Shown here: positions 1-14,600 of the stretch, in pieces
How the letters are laid out: each line of letters begins with the position of its first letter
How positions within the stretch are numbered: the first letter of the stretch is position 1
Source of the DNA: the human T2T-CHM13v2.0 reference genome, Homo sapiens
DNA length: 64,000 bases
Reading direction: 5' to 3' (one strand)
Assembly (NCBI RefSeq): GCF_009914755.1
Contig: NC_060931.1
Made by a program: the position numbers and the translations under genes
Notes under the pieces: model-generated
Database searches by the model: none
What the model saw: the letters and a program-made list of their open reading frames with translations, nothing else
What the model was told of the DNA's origin: nothing

Positions 1-344
1 TCTTGTATATAATTTATCTCCCTGCTTCCTGATATGAAATTTCTCCTTCTTTCTATAAGATCTAAGTAAAAATGTACTTCATGATGTAAACTTGCTAATC
101 TCCACAATTAATGTAGTTGCACAGGTCTCTGGGTTTTCAGAGTAATTCTTAGTTTATTTACATTACTACACAGCCTCTATCCTCTCTCATTCTCAAAATA
201 AACAGACTCACACTCTAGATTTTGAGATTCCTTAAGGGCAGAGACGGTGTTTCATATGTGAATTGTAAACACCTATTACGAACTTATTGTATGGTTGGAT
301 AGAGGTAATTACAATTCAGTTCAACAAAAATTTATTTTGTCCTG

Positions 345-500
345 ACTTTACTGTGTTAACTCTTCTAAATCTCCACAACAAGCATATGAGTTAGGAATCA
401 TTAATGAAAATTTTAAAAATGAGGTTCAGTGAAGGTTTTAAGCTAAAACTCATAAATAGTTGAACTGGAATATTAATCTCCAAAGTACATGCTTTATCTA
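345..500 (-). mobile_element. Degenerate MIR SINE fragment
   Basis: aatctccacaacaagcatatgagttagg...aaatgaggttcagtgaaggtt resembles the antisense MIR core; boundaries approximate. Confidence 0.5.
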
Positions 501-3109
501 ATATACATACCTTATATTTTTGTCAGTAAATCTTTGTTGAGTTAGTGAATGACTAATTGAACAAATTAAAGTTTCCCAATAAATCTTTGCCAATTTTCGC
601 AGTTAAATAGTAGGATAGTATGCACTGTAGTACTTCTTAAAAGTTTGAGATATATTAGCATTAGTTTGTTACTACATCTAATTTAATTCATTTTCTTTTA
701 TTCTTAAAAATTAAAAAATGTTTCAGAGATTACTTCCCAAAAAGAATCTGGTTTGCCTATTGAACAATATATTTCACTCTGTTTCTTCAAAAACATACAA
801 AAGTTCATAATTACATGTTTTAATATACTATTAAACCAAATGTAAAAAAAATTAAAATTAATGCCAACTAATACAAAGTTTTGTGTTTGTCATTCTATGT
901 GTCTTTTAAGGTTATTATTACTAGCTTTATTTAGGTTTCAATTATTTTATTGTAAATCAGGTCACTGAAAAGCCAATCAATTATTTAAAAACACTTTATG
1001 GGGATTACTTTTAACAAGAGAAACTCTATTACTGTACTATATAGCATTAAATCTGTTTCAGTAATCATTTCATATTTCACATAGTTACAAGTACATTCCT
1101 TTATAGCTGCATTATAAAATGCTAATAACAATATCATTAATTAGTAATATATATTCATGGAAATTTAGTGACTTCAAGACCTATTTGGCTTCATATTTAT
1201 ATTGTCCTTTGGGACACATATTCCAGATCTAACATCACATACAGCTATAGATAGTGAGAATTAAACAGAACTATGAGATCATCTAGCTAACCCAATGCTT
1301 TTATGACAAAGAAAATGAGGACCAGAAAGTCTCACATACTTTGTCCAACATGATCACAAAAAGAAGATGACCAAGGATTAGAACTCAGTCCTTATACCCC
1401 TTAGTCAGTAAATTGTTTTCCATTTAAATTAATGTATATTTATTTTCCTTGATGAAATAACAAGAAAATTACTTGACAAAGACAGTTTACTCCAGATGCT
1501 AAATCTATTTTTCTTTTCTTGGTTTTCCTTTCTATGGTATTAGCCTTTAATACATTAATGCCACATAAATATCAACAGATTGGTCAAATCTGCTTAAGCA
1601 ATTAGTTTGACTAATTACATGACTAAATTATTGGTTAATAAGAGTGCCTAGTCAATTCATGTTTAAGTAACTAGTTAAATTGGTTGTTTGCTTATAAACA
1701 AATAACTTCACTGGTTGAGGAAATGTTTTATTTTGTATTCTATTGATTTGGTGCAGATTCCACTTCTGAATGAGAACGGAGTTAATTGTTAAGTGTGTCG
1801 TCATAAATTCATGACAACTTTTTTCACATAAGATCAAATGATCACTTTGACTTAATTTTCATCTTTCTCCTAGTAACTCTGGCATCATGTTTCCAAAGAA
1901 GATGATGTGTTCTGGGTTTCCTTGACTCCCTTCTGAAAGTTATCAAAAGAAAGGAAAGTTGATGGTGTTTGCTGCCTGAGAACTCAGGCCTTGAGGAGAC
2001 AGAGGAAAACTGGGTTAATAATCACTTGCGTGAAAAAGTAAACAGAACTGAAACAAAAAAGAGAGATAAAATATAAGAAAAGAGAATTTGATGAACATAA
2101 AATATTATTATATAATTTTATAAAAATGTGGCTTAGTTATGCTGCTTTGTTCCAAAGCTTAGAAACATTTTCAACAACTAGAAAAGAATTCACCCCTACT
2201 TAAATGTTGATCTAATGGTTGATCTGATCAAATCTGTATTGAGTGGCTATCATATAAAAAAGTTGGTGCCAAAACAAAGATATGTGTTACAGAAACTAAA
2301 CACATAATTTTCAGCTAGTGAATTGCCGCTGAAAAATGTCCAGGAATTGTTATGAGTGAGTCGTCAATTCTCTATGCTCCTCTAAGGGGCCTCAGCTCCC
2401 TCACATTATTTCAAATGCTCACATCTCTGGAGATGATGTGACAAATGAGGCTGGGGTGAGCGAGAAGTGATTTAGCCACCTCTAAAAATTATTTTCTCTG
2501 GTGCATCCAAATTGTCTAAAATAATTTTTTCCTAGGAAATGGATTTAAGTTTATTTCATACAAAGGAGGAAATTCTGAAAACAAAAAAAAACCAAAAAGG
2601 GAAGAAAAAAAGAAGCACATGTCAAAAGATAAAATAGTGCAGCAGAAGGATTCATTGCCTAGGTAACTTTTTTCTTTTCTCATTTTACTTTGCGATAAGT
2701 TCTCAATGGACTGATTCATTTAAGCTATGATTTTTATTCATATTTTTAAGCTGTTGGGCCTGATGTTGAAATCTCCCTTGTCACCAGTTAGACTTACTAG
2801 TTTTAATGATTTGGGTTTTAAATGAAGGTCATTATATAATATCCTGCATCGCATGCAGATTATAAAGTTCCTGCCAGCTTTGCCTTTTAATTAAATTATT
2901 CTTTCAAGTGGAATATAGGAGTAGAAAAGTCCATCTTCTTTTTATATTGAAGAGGCTCTATAGCCAAACTTCCTTGCTTTATTACTAATGAATATTTAAA
3001 ATAATGTTCTTGAATAAACGTTGGCTGTGTGTGGAAGAATTATTTGTTTAATACATCTTTTTCCCACCCAATTCAATTACCCATATTCTACAGATAATGT
3101 CATCCAACA

Positions 3110-3250
3110 TATGACATATATACATATGATATATATACCTACATACATACATATGTATATATGATACGTGTATGTGTCCATGTAGGTATGTATATATACA
3201 CACACACACACACACACACATATGCATGTGTGTGTGTGTATATATACACT
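3110..3250. repeat. Compound (TA)n/(CA)n/(TG)n microsatellite
   Basis: Directly visible alternating purine-pyrimidine tract. Confidence 0.95.
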
Positions 3251-6200
3251 CTGTTTTACCCTTGATTTTCAGATGTCTCTGACAAACAGCTAAACAAGGA
3301 ACAAAAAGAGAGTTGTAGAGTGTCAGTTTAATAGAGAAACATAATACTTGACAGTGAATCTGTTGATTAACACTTCTGAAGAGGTGAGTAACCAGAAGTC
3401 TGGGGGAAAAGAGAAGAAGACAGGTTTACTGGGAGGAGCAGAATAATGAGAGAAGCATTACGAGGAAAGTTCCTTTGCTCTGGGCAGCAAGACTGGCACC
3501 TTTCATCTAGCAGCTTAACTCTCTGAGATGGGTATCCACTACAAGGAGAGGAGGAAGAGATTCACCGCCTCTGGTTGGAAGCAGATCTGCAGGTTAACCT
3601 GCTAAGGCATGGAGACCCAGCAATGGCAACAAATGTGATAGGGGCATGGAGTATTTCCGGGCAATGGCGAAAATGTTTGCAGCCCAGACTGGCTTATAAC
3701 AGTTAGGACCACTTCAGTAGACTGGGACACTAAGAAGCCATGTATGAGATAGAGGAAAATGAAAATTCTTGGGTTAGAGAGTGAAGAGAGAAGGCTAAAT
3801 AGGCAATCATGATACCATAAATAATTCATCTGGGAAGCCATATTTCAGGGCCAAGGAAGTAAAAATCATCCAGAATAGACCCATCATCTTAGGAAAGTTG
3901 AGTAGGCTTCGAAAGGAAACTAAATGGAGAGTTAGAAAGGTGGATTTCTGGGGGGAATGAAGGCACAGTAGTTAAGACCAGTCTTGTTCTTTCTATCTAT
4001 TGTACCTTAAACTGTGTCATAAATCTTGACCAGAAATATCAGCAGATGGCATCTGAATGCTTTTGAAATTTTCTGTTTCTGAGGGTTAGTGTTCTAACCT
4101 CTCTGCATGGTCTCTTTTATCTGGAATAATAAACAGTTGTTGGGTGGCATCCTTAAGTCAGTGATCTGATTAGACTATCAACTTGCAAAGTCCCCACCAC
4201 CCTTTTATCTAACATTATCTGCTGAGTTCTAGGATTGACAGTTCGAGCTTCAGTATAAAAACTGAGTACCTCTGCATTCATTCGATGATGAATAATGCAG
4301 GGCGGCTTGTTTATTTGCTTGCTCTGAAATCTTATCCTGTTTTTCAGCATCCCTTTCTAGGTCTGATACATAACTAATTGTTGGCAGATGTGGGAAGTAT
4401 TTTGAGCCAAGATATAGTATTTGTTTGCACTGTCTGGTTTTTCAGCCTTAACCAATATCAGGTCATAGCAGCTGGTTTTTATCAAAGCTCTGTATACTAT
4501 AGACCATCCACCTGACAAAACAAGATTTGCTCACATGACCTTCATTTGAAAGCATTAAACACAGGCATTCCTCCAAAGTAATAGAGAAATTTTGTTGAAA
4601 ATTTATAATCAAATTAATGAATTGGCTTAATTTGTGTTTATTTACATGCAAATGACTGTCTTGTAGTACACAGGCTAAAGTTTGTCCTTTTAAAACATAC
4701 ATTAAGATGTGTAGTTTTAGCTTAACATGAATTTTAATTTTAATTTTAATTTCAGGCTTAAAAATTATTTTAAACCCTTATACTCTATATAGGCATTACT
4801 CATTAAAAAAAAAAAAAGCTTACCAGTCACTTTTTATCCTTACTGAAAAAGAGTGATATCATGTCAAAACTATAGTAAACAGCATGATTTGGATCTAGCA
4901 CATTAATTTTGAATTAACATTCCTTTCTTTACTGATAGGGCCTTCACTTTCCCCTTACATGCCAGAATCAGTATGGTGAATTATGTTCATGACCTTGCTC
5001 ATTGTTTTAAATAAATAAAAGATTAGCATTTTAGTCACCCTGTTTACATTAATCTAAAAATTTCATAAGCCACAGTAGTGTTTGTGTTTTCAACTTTCAT
5101 GCATTTTTTTCCATGGGTGCATGAGTTAATGTGATTTGTTTCAACTACCCAAAATATTTTAAGAGCACTGCACTGTGGAGAAGTATTTATTTGAAGTAGC
5201 TGTGGATAATTTGCAAACTCTGTGATGATACAGTGGTTTTTACTAACGAAACAGAAAAGCTTTTATTCTGCAGTCTACCTGACACTGCGGGAAATAAAAT
5301 CTCAAAGAGACCTAAGCTAGCTTTATTAAAATAATTTTAATTTTGGATTATATCTTCTCCTTGGGTCATAATGCATCTAATGTGATGTGATTCAAAGGCA
5401 ATTTTACCTGTTTTTATACCATCTGCGCAGTTATGAGACACTTTACAGCGCTGTAGAATAAAAGTTGTCTGAATCTGAAAGCCTTACTAAACAATAATTT
5501 AAAAGTCTACACGGTTAGAAAAGCATGAACAAAATCTCACCTTTAGTTCTGGAAAATGTTGAACATAAATTTATTTGAGAAAGTTTAAAATACCTTACAA
5601 TACCAAATATAAGGTCACCGCAAAATAAGGCAACTCCCTACTTTTCCAATGAGAAGATGCAATTAAAGATTTTATTTTCAGTCAGTTGAATATATAAACA
5701 CCGAAGCATATGAGGTAGCCAAATGTCTACTTTTAGTATTTAAAATAATTTCCTTAGTTACGTATATTTAAAATAATATATAAGATAATAGTGTAATATT
5801 CACTTTTCTCCACTTCTTAATTTCTCCATACCCTTTTCTCCATTCCTTAATTTCATGAAAAATTTTATTAAATTCTCGAGACACATCTTTGACCTCAGTG
5901 TCTTGGTCATTAGTAGAGAAACTTTTAAAGTTATTTTACAAATTTTTCCAGAGAATATAGTTTTTATTTTCACCTATCATTGTTTGCAACACAGCACATT
6001 TTTCATTCTTTTTATGAACTGTCCCTAAAGTATATCCCAAGAGACACGAACCCATAAGCTTAACATTAGGACTTATTTTTCATTGTTATTTTTATCTCCA
6101 AACCATAAAGTACAACATTACTTTTAAGTGATGTTTAACAGAATTATTTGTAATGAAATCCAACACCTATTGAGAAATAAAGCCCAATTTCTGTTTCTGC

Positions 6201-6735
6201 TTTTGTAAAAATCCCATCAGTTAACCTCTAAGGTCATGCAAAGCCAGCATTGATTGTAACACTAATAAAATGACTTGCCAAATGGAACGTTGATGTGCAA
6301 AATAAGGTAATTGGGAAAGCAGCTATAACATGAGCTATTTTGTAAGGGTTCAAATGTAAAGCAAATAATTCTCTCCTTTTGAAAGACAATGGGAAGATGG
6401 GAACCTCTTCTTATATTCAGGCATGTGCAGTGCATTATCCAAGTATTATTTTAACTTCCCACTTACTACTGAGACAACTTACTTCAACTTTTGTTTAAAT
6501 ATATATCTATTTATTAAGTAGGTAACACATTCTTATATTCAATTTTATAAAAGTATTGAAAATATACAGCAAAAAGTCTCCCTCATCTGCCCCTTATCAC
6601 AATTCCCTGTTCTGAAAACAGTCAATGTTATAAATGTTTGTCTATCATTCCAAAGATATTTATCTGATGCATATACAAATATTACAGTTTGAAAGCACAG
6701 CTCTTATAATTTTATATACCGATAACTGCAATTAA

Positions 6736-7091
<356 letters not shown>

Positions 7092-10000
7092 TATTGTTTT
7101 GTTTCCTTTCCAAGGAAAATATAAACATAATTCAAAACAATCAATTTTCTAATAATTCTTCTGGCTGTGAATGCTACTTTTGATTGGTGTTGTACAATAA
7201 TATTTATATACATATCTTATTCATATTTGTTAATTCAGTGAATAAATTTAAACTAGCAGTTGATCAGTTGTCATCATACACAGTTTATAAGAGTTTACTC
7301 AAAGATGTTTCTCTAATTAAAATAGTTTATGAGTAAGGAGAACGTGAAAAAAAAGACAGTAAGTATACTGTTTATATGTTTAACAAATAACCAGTTAAAT
7401 TACTTATTTGTTCTTTATACATAGTGTAATAAAAATACCTTTTCAAAACATTTCACTTTCAAATCAGATCTTCTTTTTATTACAACAGTAATAAATGTTC
7501 ACTGCAGATATTTTAAGAAACACAGACATGAGAAAAGAAATTATAAACCCCAAGCAACATATACACTGCTGAGCGGTCAGTGAACATCGTGGTATGTCTC
7601 TAGTCCTCCACCGTTTATTTGGTTGAGAGAGACTTTGATCCTGCTCCGTGTCCCCTAAGTAAATGCTGTATCAAGGTCTTTGATAAGTGCAATGGAACTG
7701 TCAACTCACCAGCGTCACCCCACCTGCTGTGGCTCTTCCTCAGCTCTTAGCAACAAAAACTTGCCATGTGAAAGATCAAACTGCCCCCCTTTTCTACCAG
7801 GTACCCACTTTGAACATTGAAGCTCCTTCCCACTAGCAAAAAGGATCTGAACTTGTATCCAAGACATCCCTGTGGGCTGCATCTTTGATTCAGGTCTAGG
7901 AAAAGGTGACTGGTCCTCCTATCCTAGTCAGTCCCTGGTTCTAATTCCATTCTAATTGTCTGCTGGGGCTGTACCTTCTTCAGTTGGCCCTCAGGTCTTT
8001 GCCTATCCTTTTCAGTTCTGGGTCTGGACCTTATCTCTGAAACCCTTCCCATAGCCTTGGATGAACTTCCTTGTTTTGCGACTTTTTTGTGTGTGACTTA
8101 TTCACTCTACATAATGCTGAGACTTCTTGCCACTGCCCGAAAACCACATTTCAATGCTCTGCCATTGGTCGTGAGCTGGGAAAACTGATATTAGCTCACT
8201 TTGGACTTGAATTTTTCTGTATTAATTTTTACTTGTGGTTTGAACTGTCCAATCCTCTGTGTCTGTTAGGTCTTAAGGATCTCAGGCAACTTCTTTTTGA
8301 ATGGAAGCTTCTAAGATGTGTGGTGGCCACGGAGGTAAAAAATACCAGTGAGAATCATGGTCCCTGAGGTATTCACTACCATGGCTCATAGACATCCACA
8401 ATGATCAGGTATGAAATACAACCTATCCTGGAAATTAAACACTGTATATGTGCATTCCAGTTGGTCTGTTTATTCTAATGCTGAAAGCTAATTATTCTTA
8501 TTTTTTACTTACTGTAGAAGGTTTCCATATGGTGCAAGTGTCCCACTCTCTGAAGCCACACCCCAAGGTACAATTCCAGAGCTTGAGAACTTAGTATCCA
8601 AAGAAGTTCCTGGTTTGCAGAGGAATTGAAACGATCTCTGGAGACAGAAGCATAAAACTTCTAAACTGAAGAGTACACATTATGGACCCCTGTAAGATCA
8701 GGGTGGACAAATTTGAAAGGACGGCTGAGGGGCTGATAAAGGAATTCCTCAACCCGCTTGCAAAACATGACATTAGGACAAAACTTCCGTCCACACAGTC
8801 CATTGGGAAATGTATCAGCCTTTGCTGTCAGCTTGATCCTTTACCTTTATTCTCTTCTTATTCTCAGTTACACCATATTCTTGTTCCCTTTGTTCTAGGC
8901 TTGATTTTCCATTTTACCTCTTTTAGATAAGTTCTGCTTATTACATCTTCTTTGGTAAATCATCTCTGCCTAGCCATAGGTAGCTAGAAATGCAGTGTTT
9001 GCCTCTGGTAGCATGGGTAAGTCTCAACCAAATTCATTGCTTCTCATTGTGTGATTGTAACATCTGCATGCTATCATATCAAGTCTGACTTGACTAAAAC
9101 TTTCTGAGCATTCAGGGCATAGGAATACTTTAATAGTCCTGGCTGTCTATAGTTGGAGGTAATTTAACCTATGGATGGCATTAAGCATAAGGTGGGGGGG
9201 GGGAACAAAAATTCTGTCAAAAATCTTAGTGGTTTTTTTTTTTTAACTTGCATTTTGTTCAGATGATTCCTTAGTTTAAGTTGTTCCAAATTAATCATTC
9301 TCTTAGTCAACCAGGTTATTGTTCATGCAGAAGCCATAGCCATCAGGATATGAAATAGTTATGTGAAATGAAGTTCTGCAGAAAAATCAGATATTTTTAT
9401 TGTTTTTCATAAATATGTACAGAAAGTAAGACTTAGACTTTAAAAAATAAAATGTAGGGGTTTTTTTATAACAGTCAATATAAATTAAATATTCTCAACC
9501 ATTTTATTTCCTCTCCCCTTTGATGAAATTCTGCTAGAAGAAGTTTCACTATGAATAAGAAGACATTCTGAGCATTCAGAAGACTGACCTACTAGATCAT
9601 TTTTTTCCTTTGCTGTTTGGTCCATAAAAAATTGATGTTCTCTTCTCAGGTAACATGCTTATTTTTATCTACATGAAACTCATTGATCTCCTTCCAATTT
9701 GGTGTTAGCCTCTTCATTCCACTATCATTCCCGAGGTAACGAATGATATTTTCATAGGCATGGCTAGTAATCAATATAGACAAGCTCTGCTCATTGATCT
9801 GAGGAAGACCTTTGATCTGGAAAATCACCAATTATGGCTATTTAAAGTAGATTCAATTGGATTAGGAAGAACAAGAATGAACTGGTATCTACAATATTCT
9901 TTAATAGTTTTAAAACCTAGAAAGACACAAAGTTAAATATAAGCCTCTTAAAGAATAAGGGTTAATTTTCATTCTTTCAATTTTAAATGAAGATTTTCTT

Positions 10001-10559
10001 GCACATTCTTCTTTATCACTGAATTTTTTATGGCTGTGTAATGTGATATTCTTATAAGGGACATCCCAGGTACCAGGTAATTGACGATTTGCAGTGAGTT
10101 TCTGACAACCTTCAAATCCTAATTAATAAAAATAGGTTCAGCTTAAATATTGATATGCTAAGCATTAGTCTTATTTTAACTGAAAAAGATGGACTTCTGG
10201 TCCCAGCAAATTAAGTCTTTAATAATATGCAGGCTACCTAGTTGATTGATTACATTTTCTAGTATAATTTCTAGTTACTGTTATTTTCAGGCTATGACCA
10301 AATTTGAATTAGAAATGAGAACATGGATTGCTTTTTGCCTCCATGAGACTATTTCCCAGTGTACAATCTATATTATTTAATGTACAATAGTCTATGCTGC
10401 CTCTGAAAAACATGAATAATAAAATATATTAAGGCAAAGAGGTAGAGAGATCAAATTGGTTTTTTTTTTTTTTTTCCTTTTATCTATTCTATATGTTCAG
10501 GGAGTCCTAAATGCTGTTGGAAGATCTAGAGTCCTAAAAGGCTGTTTAATTTGTGGTTT

Positions 10560-11100
10560 ACAGCACAGGTTATGGAGTTGAAGGGTGTGGATTCAGATTC
10601 CAGCTCTACAGTTTGATAGCTGCATGACTTTAAAGAGTATTTACTCTCTTTTTCTAATTTATTTATGTTTAATAATAATAATATCTGTCTCATACGTTTA
10701 AGCCTTCAACAAATTAGTACTTCATAACAACAAATTAGTACTTCATACTTAAAGATTAAACAAATTAGTACTTTATAACAACAATGATACTTAATACTTA
10801 ATAATGTTTATTTATTCAGCAACTATGTGATAAATAATGTTCTAAATACTTTAAAATATTCTAAACACAGCAACCTAATGAATTAGATACTCTCTCTCTC
10901 CCCATTTTATTGATGAGGAAACAACCACAGAGTCTAAAGTCATCTGCCAAAACTCACAAGTTGTTAAATGATTTAACGAGTATTAAAATACAAGTAGTCT
11001 TATTTGAGAGCTTCCCCTCCTAACCACTACTAGATTCATGCACAAAACGTTTAACATAGAAAATAGCACATAGTAAACTGTCAATAAATGATATTGAATG
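10560..11100. mobile_element. Two MIRs: a + strand MIR (about 10560-10700 and 11040-11100) apparently interrupted by a - strand MIR (about 10800-11030)
   Basis: ttcagattccagctctacag...ctgcatgact (5' part); cccattttattgatgaggaaac (antisense core); gcacatagtaaactgtcaataaatg (3' end). Confidence 0.65.
10707..10784. repeat. Short tandem repeat, three copies of (c)aacaaattagtactt(c/t)ata
   Basis: Copies at 10707-10726, 10728-10747 and about 10759-10777. Confidence 0.9.
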
Positions 11101-11559
11101 TTAATAAATACAAATAATAAATTCCCCACATTCCAGGAACAATTCTTTTAGATGTAAAAAATATATATATATACCTAGCCTTGAAACAATAGCTTATTTC
11201 TTTTCTGCAGAGTTCAGTGCCCATTTCTCCTTTTCCTGCTTAATCTCTAAGTTAGATGCTCAGCTTTTGACTCTGTTACCTGCCTTCTGTCAGCAGCCAC
11301 TTCCTTCATGGCTTCTTCCCCCACCCTGCTAAATGTCTACCTTCTTCTTTTAATCTCTGCATTTGGCTAAATATCAGATAATTTTTCATAGTGTTAGAAG
11401 ACGTCAGTTTATTTTTATCCTCAGCATTTGTTGACCTTTTCTTTTGGAAACCTTGACCAAACTTCCTTCCTAGAGAACACCGTCTCAGTCTCTTCTAGTT
11501 TCTTGCCTTCTCTAATGGGGTTGAGTTCCCTCCAGGCTCCAGCAGTGACTGCATGAGAT

Positions 11560-11945
11560 GTCAGAGCAGACACATTACCTGGGCCAGTGAGAGGTTCAGG
11601 AATGAGTATGTGTGGCTCAGTCACAACCAGTAAAATTTAGCTGGAATAAATATTGAAAAAAAAAGTTTTTCTTTTATATTGTCCTCGAGGTCGTGAAAAT
11701 ATAAAATCTGGAGCTGCTTTGCCATTGGGCAACAATCAGAGATTTGCCTCTCTGAAACCGGAGTAAACACAGAAAAAGTTGAGAAAGATACATTGGGTCC
11801 TGTTTGTGTGATTTAAACCTCGGCCTCAAGATGTGCTTAGAACCAGTTCTCCTATAGACATTTCCATTGTGTGATGCAATATGTTTTCCTTTTGCCAGTT
11901 AAGCAAAAGGACTTAAGGTTTCTTTTACTTACAAATGAAAGAGTT
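11560..11945 (+). mobile_element. Old MaLR LTR (MLT1J/K-like)
   Basis: ctggagctgc...gccat, gggtcctg, and the 3' motif ggtttcttttacttacaaatgaaagagt are typical of old MLT1 LTRs. Confidence 0.55.
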
Positions 11946-11950
11946 TAATT

Positions 11951-12248
11951 AATTAATTTATTTTTGACACAGGGTCTCATTCTGTCACCCAGGCTGAAGT
12001 GCAGTGGTGTGATCACGGCTCACTGCTGTCTTGACCTCCCCAGGTTCAGATGATCCTCCCACCGCAGCCTCCCAAGTAGCTGGGACTACAGATGTGCACC
12101 ACCATACCTGGCTAATTTTTGTATTTTTTGTTGAGATGGGGATTCACCATGTTTCCCAGCCTAGTCTCAAACTCCTGGGCTCAAATAACCTGCCCACCTT
12201 GGCCTCCCAAAGAGTTAAGATTACAGTCATGAGCCACTGCGCCCGGCC
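11951..12248 (-). mobile_element. AluJ, full length
   Basis: J-type gatcctcccacc and ctcctgggctcaa; TSD tgaaagagtttaatt (11936-11950) / tgaaggagttttaatt (12249-12264). Confidence 0.93.
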
Positions 12249-13609
12249 TGAAGGAGTTTTAATTGAGAAAATTTCTTTATGCTCAAAAAGAACATTTTTA
12301 ACATTCAAAAAGATGAAGTTAGCTTATTGGTATATCAGTAGTGGATTTGGATAGTTTTGATGAGGTACAAGTTAGAGCCCTATAGGATAATTGTGTAGGT
12401 AACAACCATAGGTAATAAAATTATCGATCCCTTCCCTCACTATTCTGTTAACCAGACCTTTCTGAAGAATATCTTCATATCAATAAGTAGTCCTAGGGGC
12501 TTCTTCATGCCTTCTTGCTATTCTTACCCAGAAGTTCAAGCAGTAGTAAAAGAAAGACACTTTTATCCTAAAAGATTTTACGTCTTGCTCATTCCCAGGA
12601 CTGACACATGTAAGTGAATATCTTTCAAGTATATTAAGTGTTCCCCTCAATACTGCAGTCCACCCATTGTCTAGAAAACCTCATACCTTTAAGCCCAGAC
12701 AAGTTTCTTCCTGGTTATTTTCCCTGGGCCTGGAGAAGAGAATGATTTAGAAATTATGCAGCTGTTTTAGGACACACATGTACAGATGCAGAAAAACAAT
12801 GAAGTCGGGAGTCCAATAATAGAGCATCAGAGACCTTGATCTTGTTAGTCATACTGAAACAAAAGAAAAGTATACAAAATGTGACATAATGTTTTATGCA
12901 CATGGCAAAAAGTCAGGATTCTGCCAGAGCTGTTTGGTGTCACCCCTTCAAATGCCTTCTCAGTATCTCACCCCGCTATTGTCCCTTTGTTGACCCCACT
13001 CATCAGAGCACTGTCTCTGGTCTCCCTAACGTAGTGAAATTTACATTATATTGCCAAATATGAGCCCGACAGTAATCCTCAGGAACATAGGCAATGTATT
13101 AACTATAAAGAGAAACCTCAGCCTTCTGGGCAGATACAGAAGTTACATAATGATGCAAAGTCATTACGTAGAGAGGTAATCAAAAGTGAGATGGAAATTA
13201 CATACAGACATAGTGAAAATTTGCTTCACACCTAGGAAATACAAAGCAAAGACCCAACTCTTGAGACAGTGATTCCCAAGTAGTGCTTTCTACTAGTAAT
13301 GGGCAATTATAGTAGATTCTTTTAAGTTAAGGTTAAAAGAATTACAATTAGGGTTAGTGCTGTTGTTTCTAAATCTCAGATATGTGGCTCTTTTGAGTAG
13401 TATGCTCAAACAATTTAGCCTGGTGTACAATTTCCTTCCCAGTTATATTCTATGCTTCTTTTTCAGCATCATGAATATTTTCTTCCATGTACCTGTCTGC
13501 CTTGCCAACAGGTTTTTCTTATTTCCACATGGAATGCACTTACAAGGCTGCAGCTTTCACCTGCGATGCCACAGTCACTGGTCTTCTGAACAGTTATAAC
13601 CTCCTGCAT

Positions 13610-14045
13610 CCTAGCTCAGGAACCAGGCAGGCATAGACTTCAAGGGAGGCTATGCCCTCTCAGGCCCCAGGGAGATTCAGGCATGAATTATCCTATTCCA
13701 ATTATTCCAAAAATTTAATCAATGATGGAATGGGAATGGGAATATAACCACTGTAACAAGAGCAGAAGGTTCTTGTAGAGTTTCTAAATTTTGGGTTCTT
13801 ACAAAGAGAAACAGGAGAAGGCATTGCTCTCTTCTCCTTCCAGCCACTGGATATTGTTGTATGGGTGTATGATGCTTGAGATACTTTAACTATCCTGCCA
13901 CCATGGATAAAGTCAAGTAAAGGCCAAAAGGCAGCTTACTGAGAACTGCAGAGGGAAGAGATGAGAAGAAACTAAGTTCTTGCTGGCAGCACTGAGTTAA
14001 TAAATTATCACTCTGGAGCTGCTCAAGCACTGGACTTTTGATCCT
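13610..14045 (+). mobile_element. Old MaLR LTR fragment (MLT1K/L-like)
   Basis: tgatgcttgagatact...atcctgccaccatgg, gagatgagaagaaact, ctggacttt motifs. Confidence 0.45.
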
Positions 14046-14600
14046 GTAGGTGCAATGGGCATTTGTCTTCCCTTGTGAATATAAAACAATTCAATATCCT
14101 TTCCGTGTTAGGACATTCTTCTCTCTACAAGTAGAGCCAGCCATACATTATAAAAGCTAAAATTATTAGTTGTATGGTTTCTCATTTTCTCTTGCATCTT
14201 GGGCATGGGAATGCAAGCTAGATTCTGCCCCATAATTTTAACAGGAGTCACTGACATGAAGGAACAAGGAAGCCCTGTGAGTAAAGGTGATGGAAGCACC
14301 TGCTTCTGCATTCACGTTCCAGAAGCAGCTGGGTAGCATTGCTAGAGCATTATTTCAGGTTGAACTCTGGTTAGGCCAGTGGTGAAAGATGTGCTTGCCA
14401 TGCCTAGGGGTTATGGCAATGCTATCTTCATAAAACTGGTTTTGTGAGATGATTTCAGTTTCATCCTTGGCTACATAAACTCTAAACCTTTATCTCTGGT
14501 TAACTTAGCGATTTTGAGAGCCATCTATTCAAGATTATTTTTTCTTAAACCCACTGGAGTTAATTTCTATTATCCACAACTAAGAACTTTGAGCAATACA
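14045..14600 (+). mobile_element. Old ERVL-type LTR (LTR33/LTR16-like)
   Basis: 3' end ttcttaaacccactggagttaatttctattatccacaactaagaact resembles the U5 of old ERVL LTRs. Confidence 0.4.

Noticed and set aside
7620-9060. GC-richer stretch with ORFs (8071-8367, 8682-8930), possibly an old ERVL/MaLR internal region or an exon
   Set aside because: No recognisable protein motif, clean primer-binding site or splice pair, so it could not be assigned.
10707-10784. Repeat-spacer-like pattern suggesting a CRISPR array
   Set aside because: Three copies with 1-nt and ~11-nt gaps, primate context, no cas genes.
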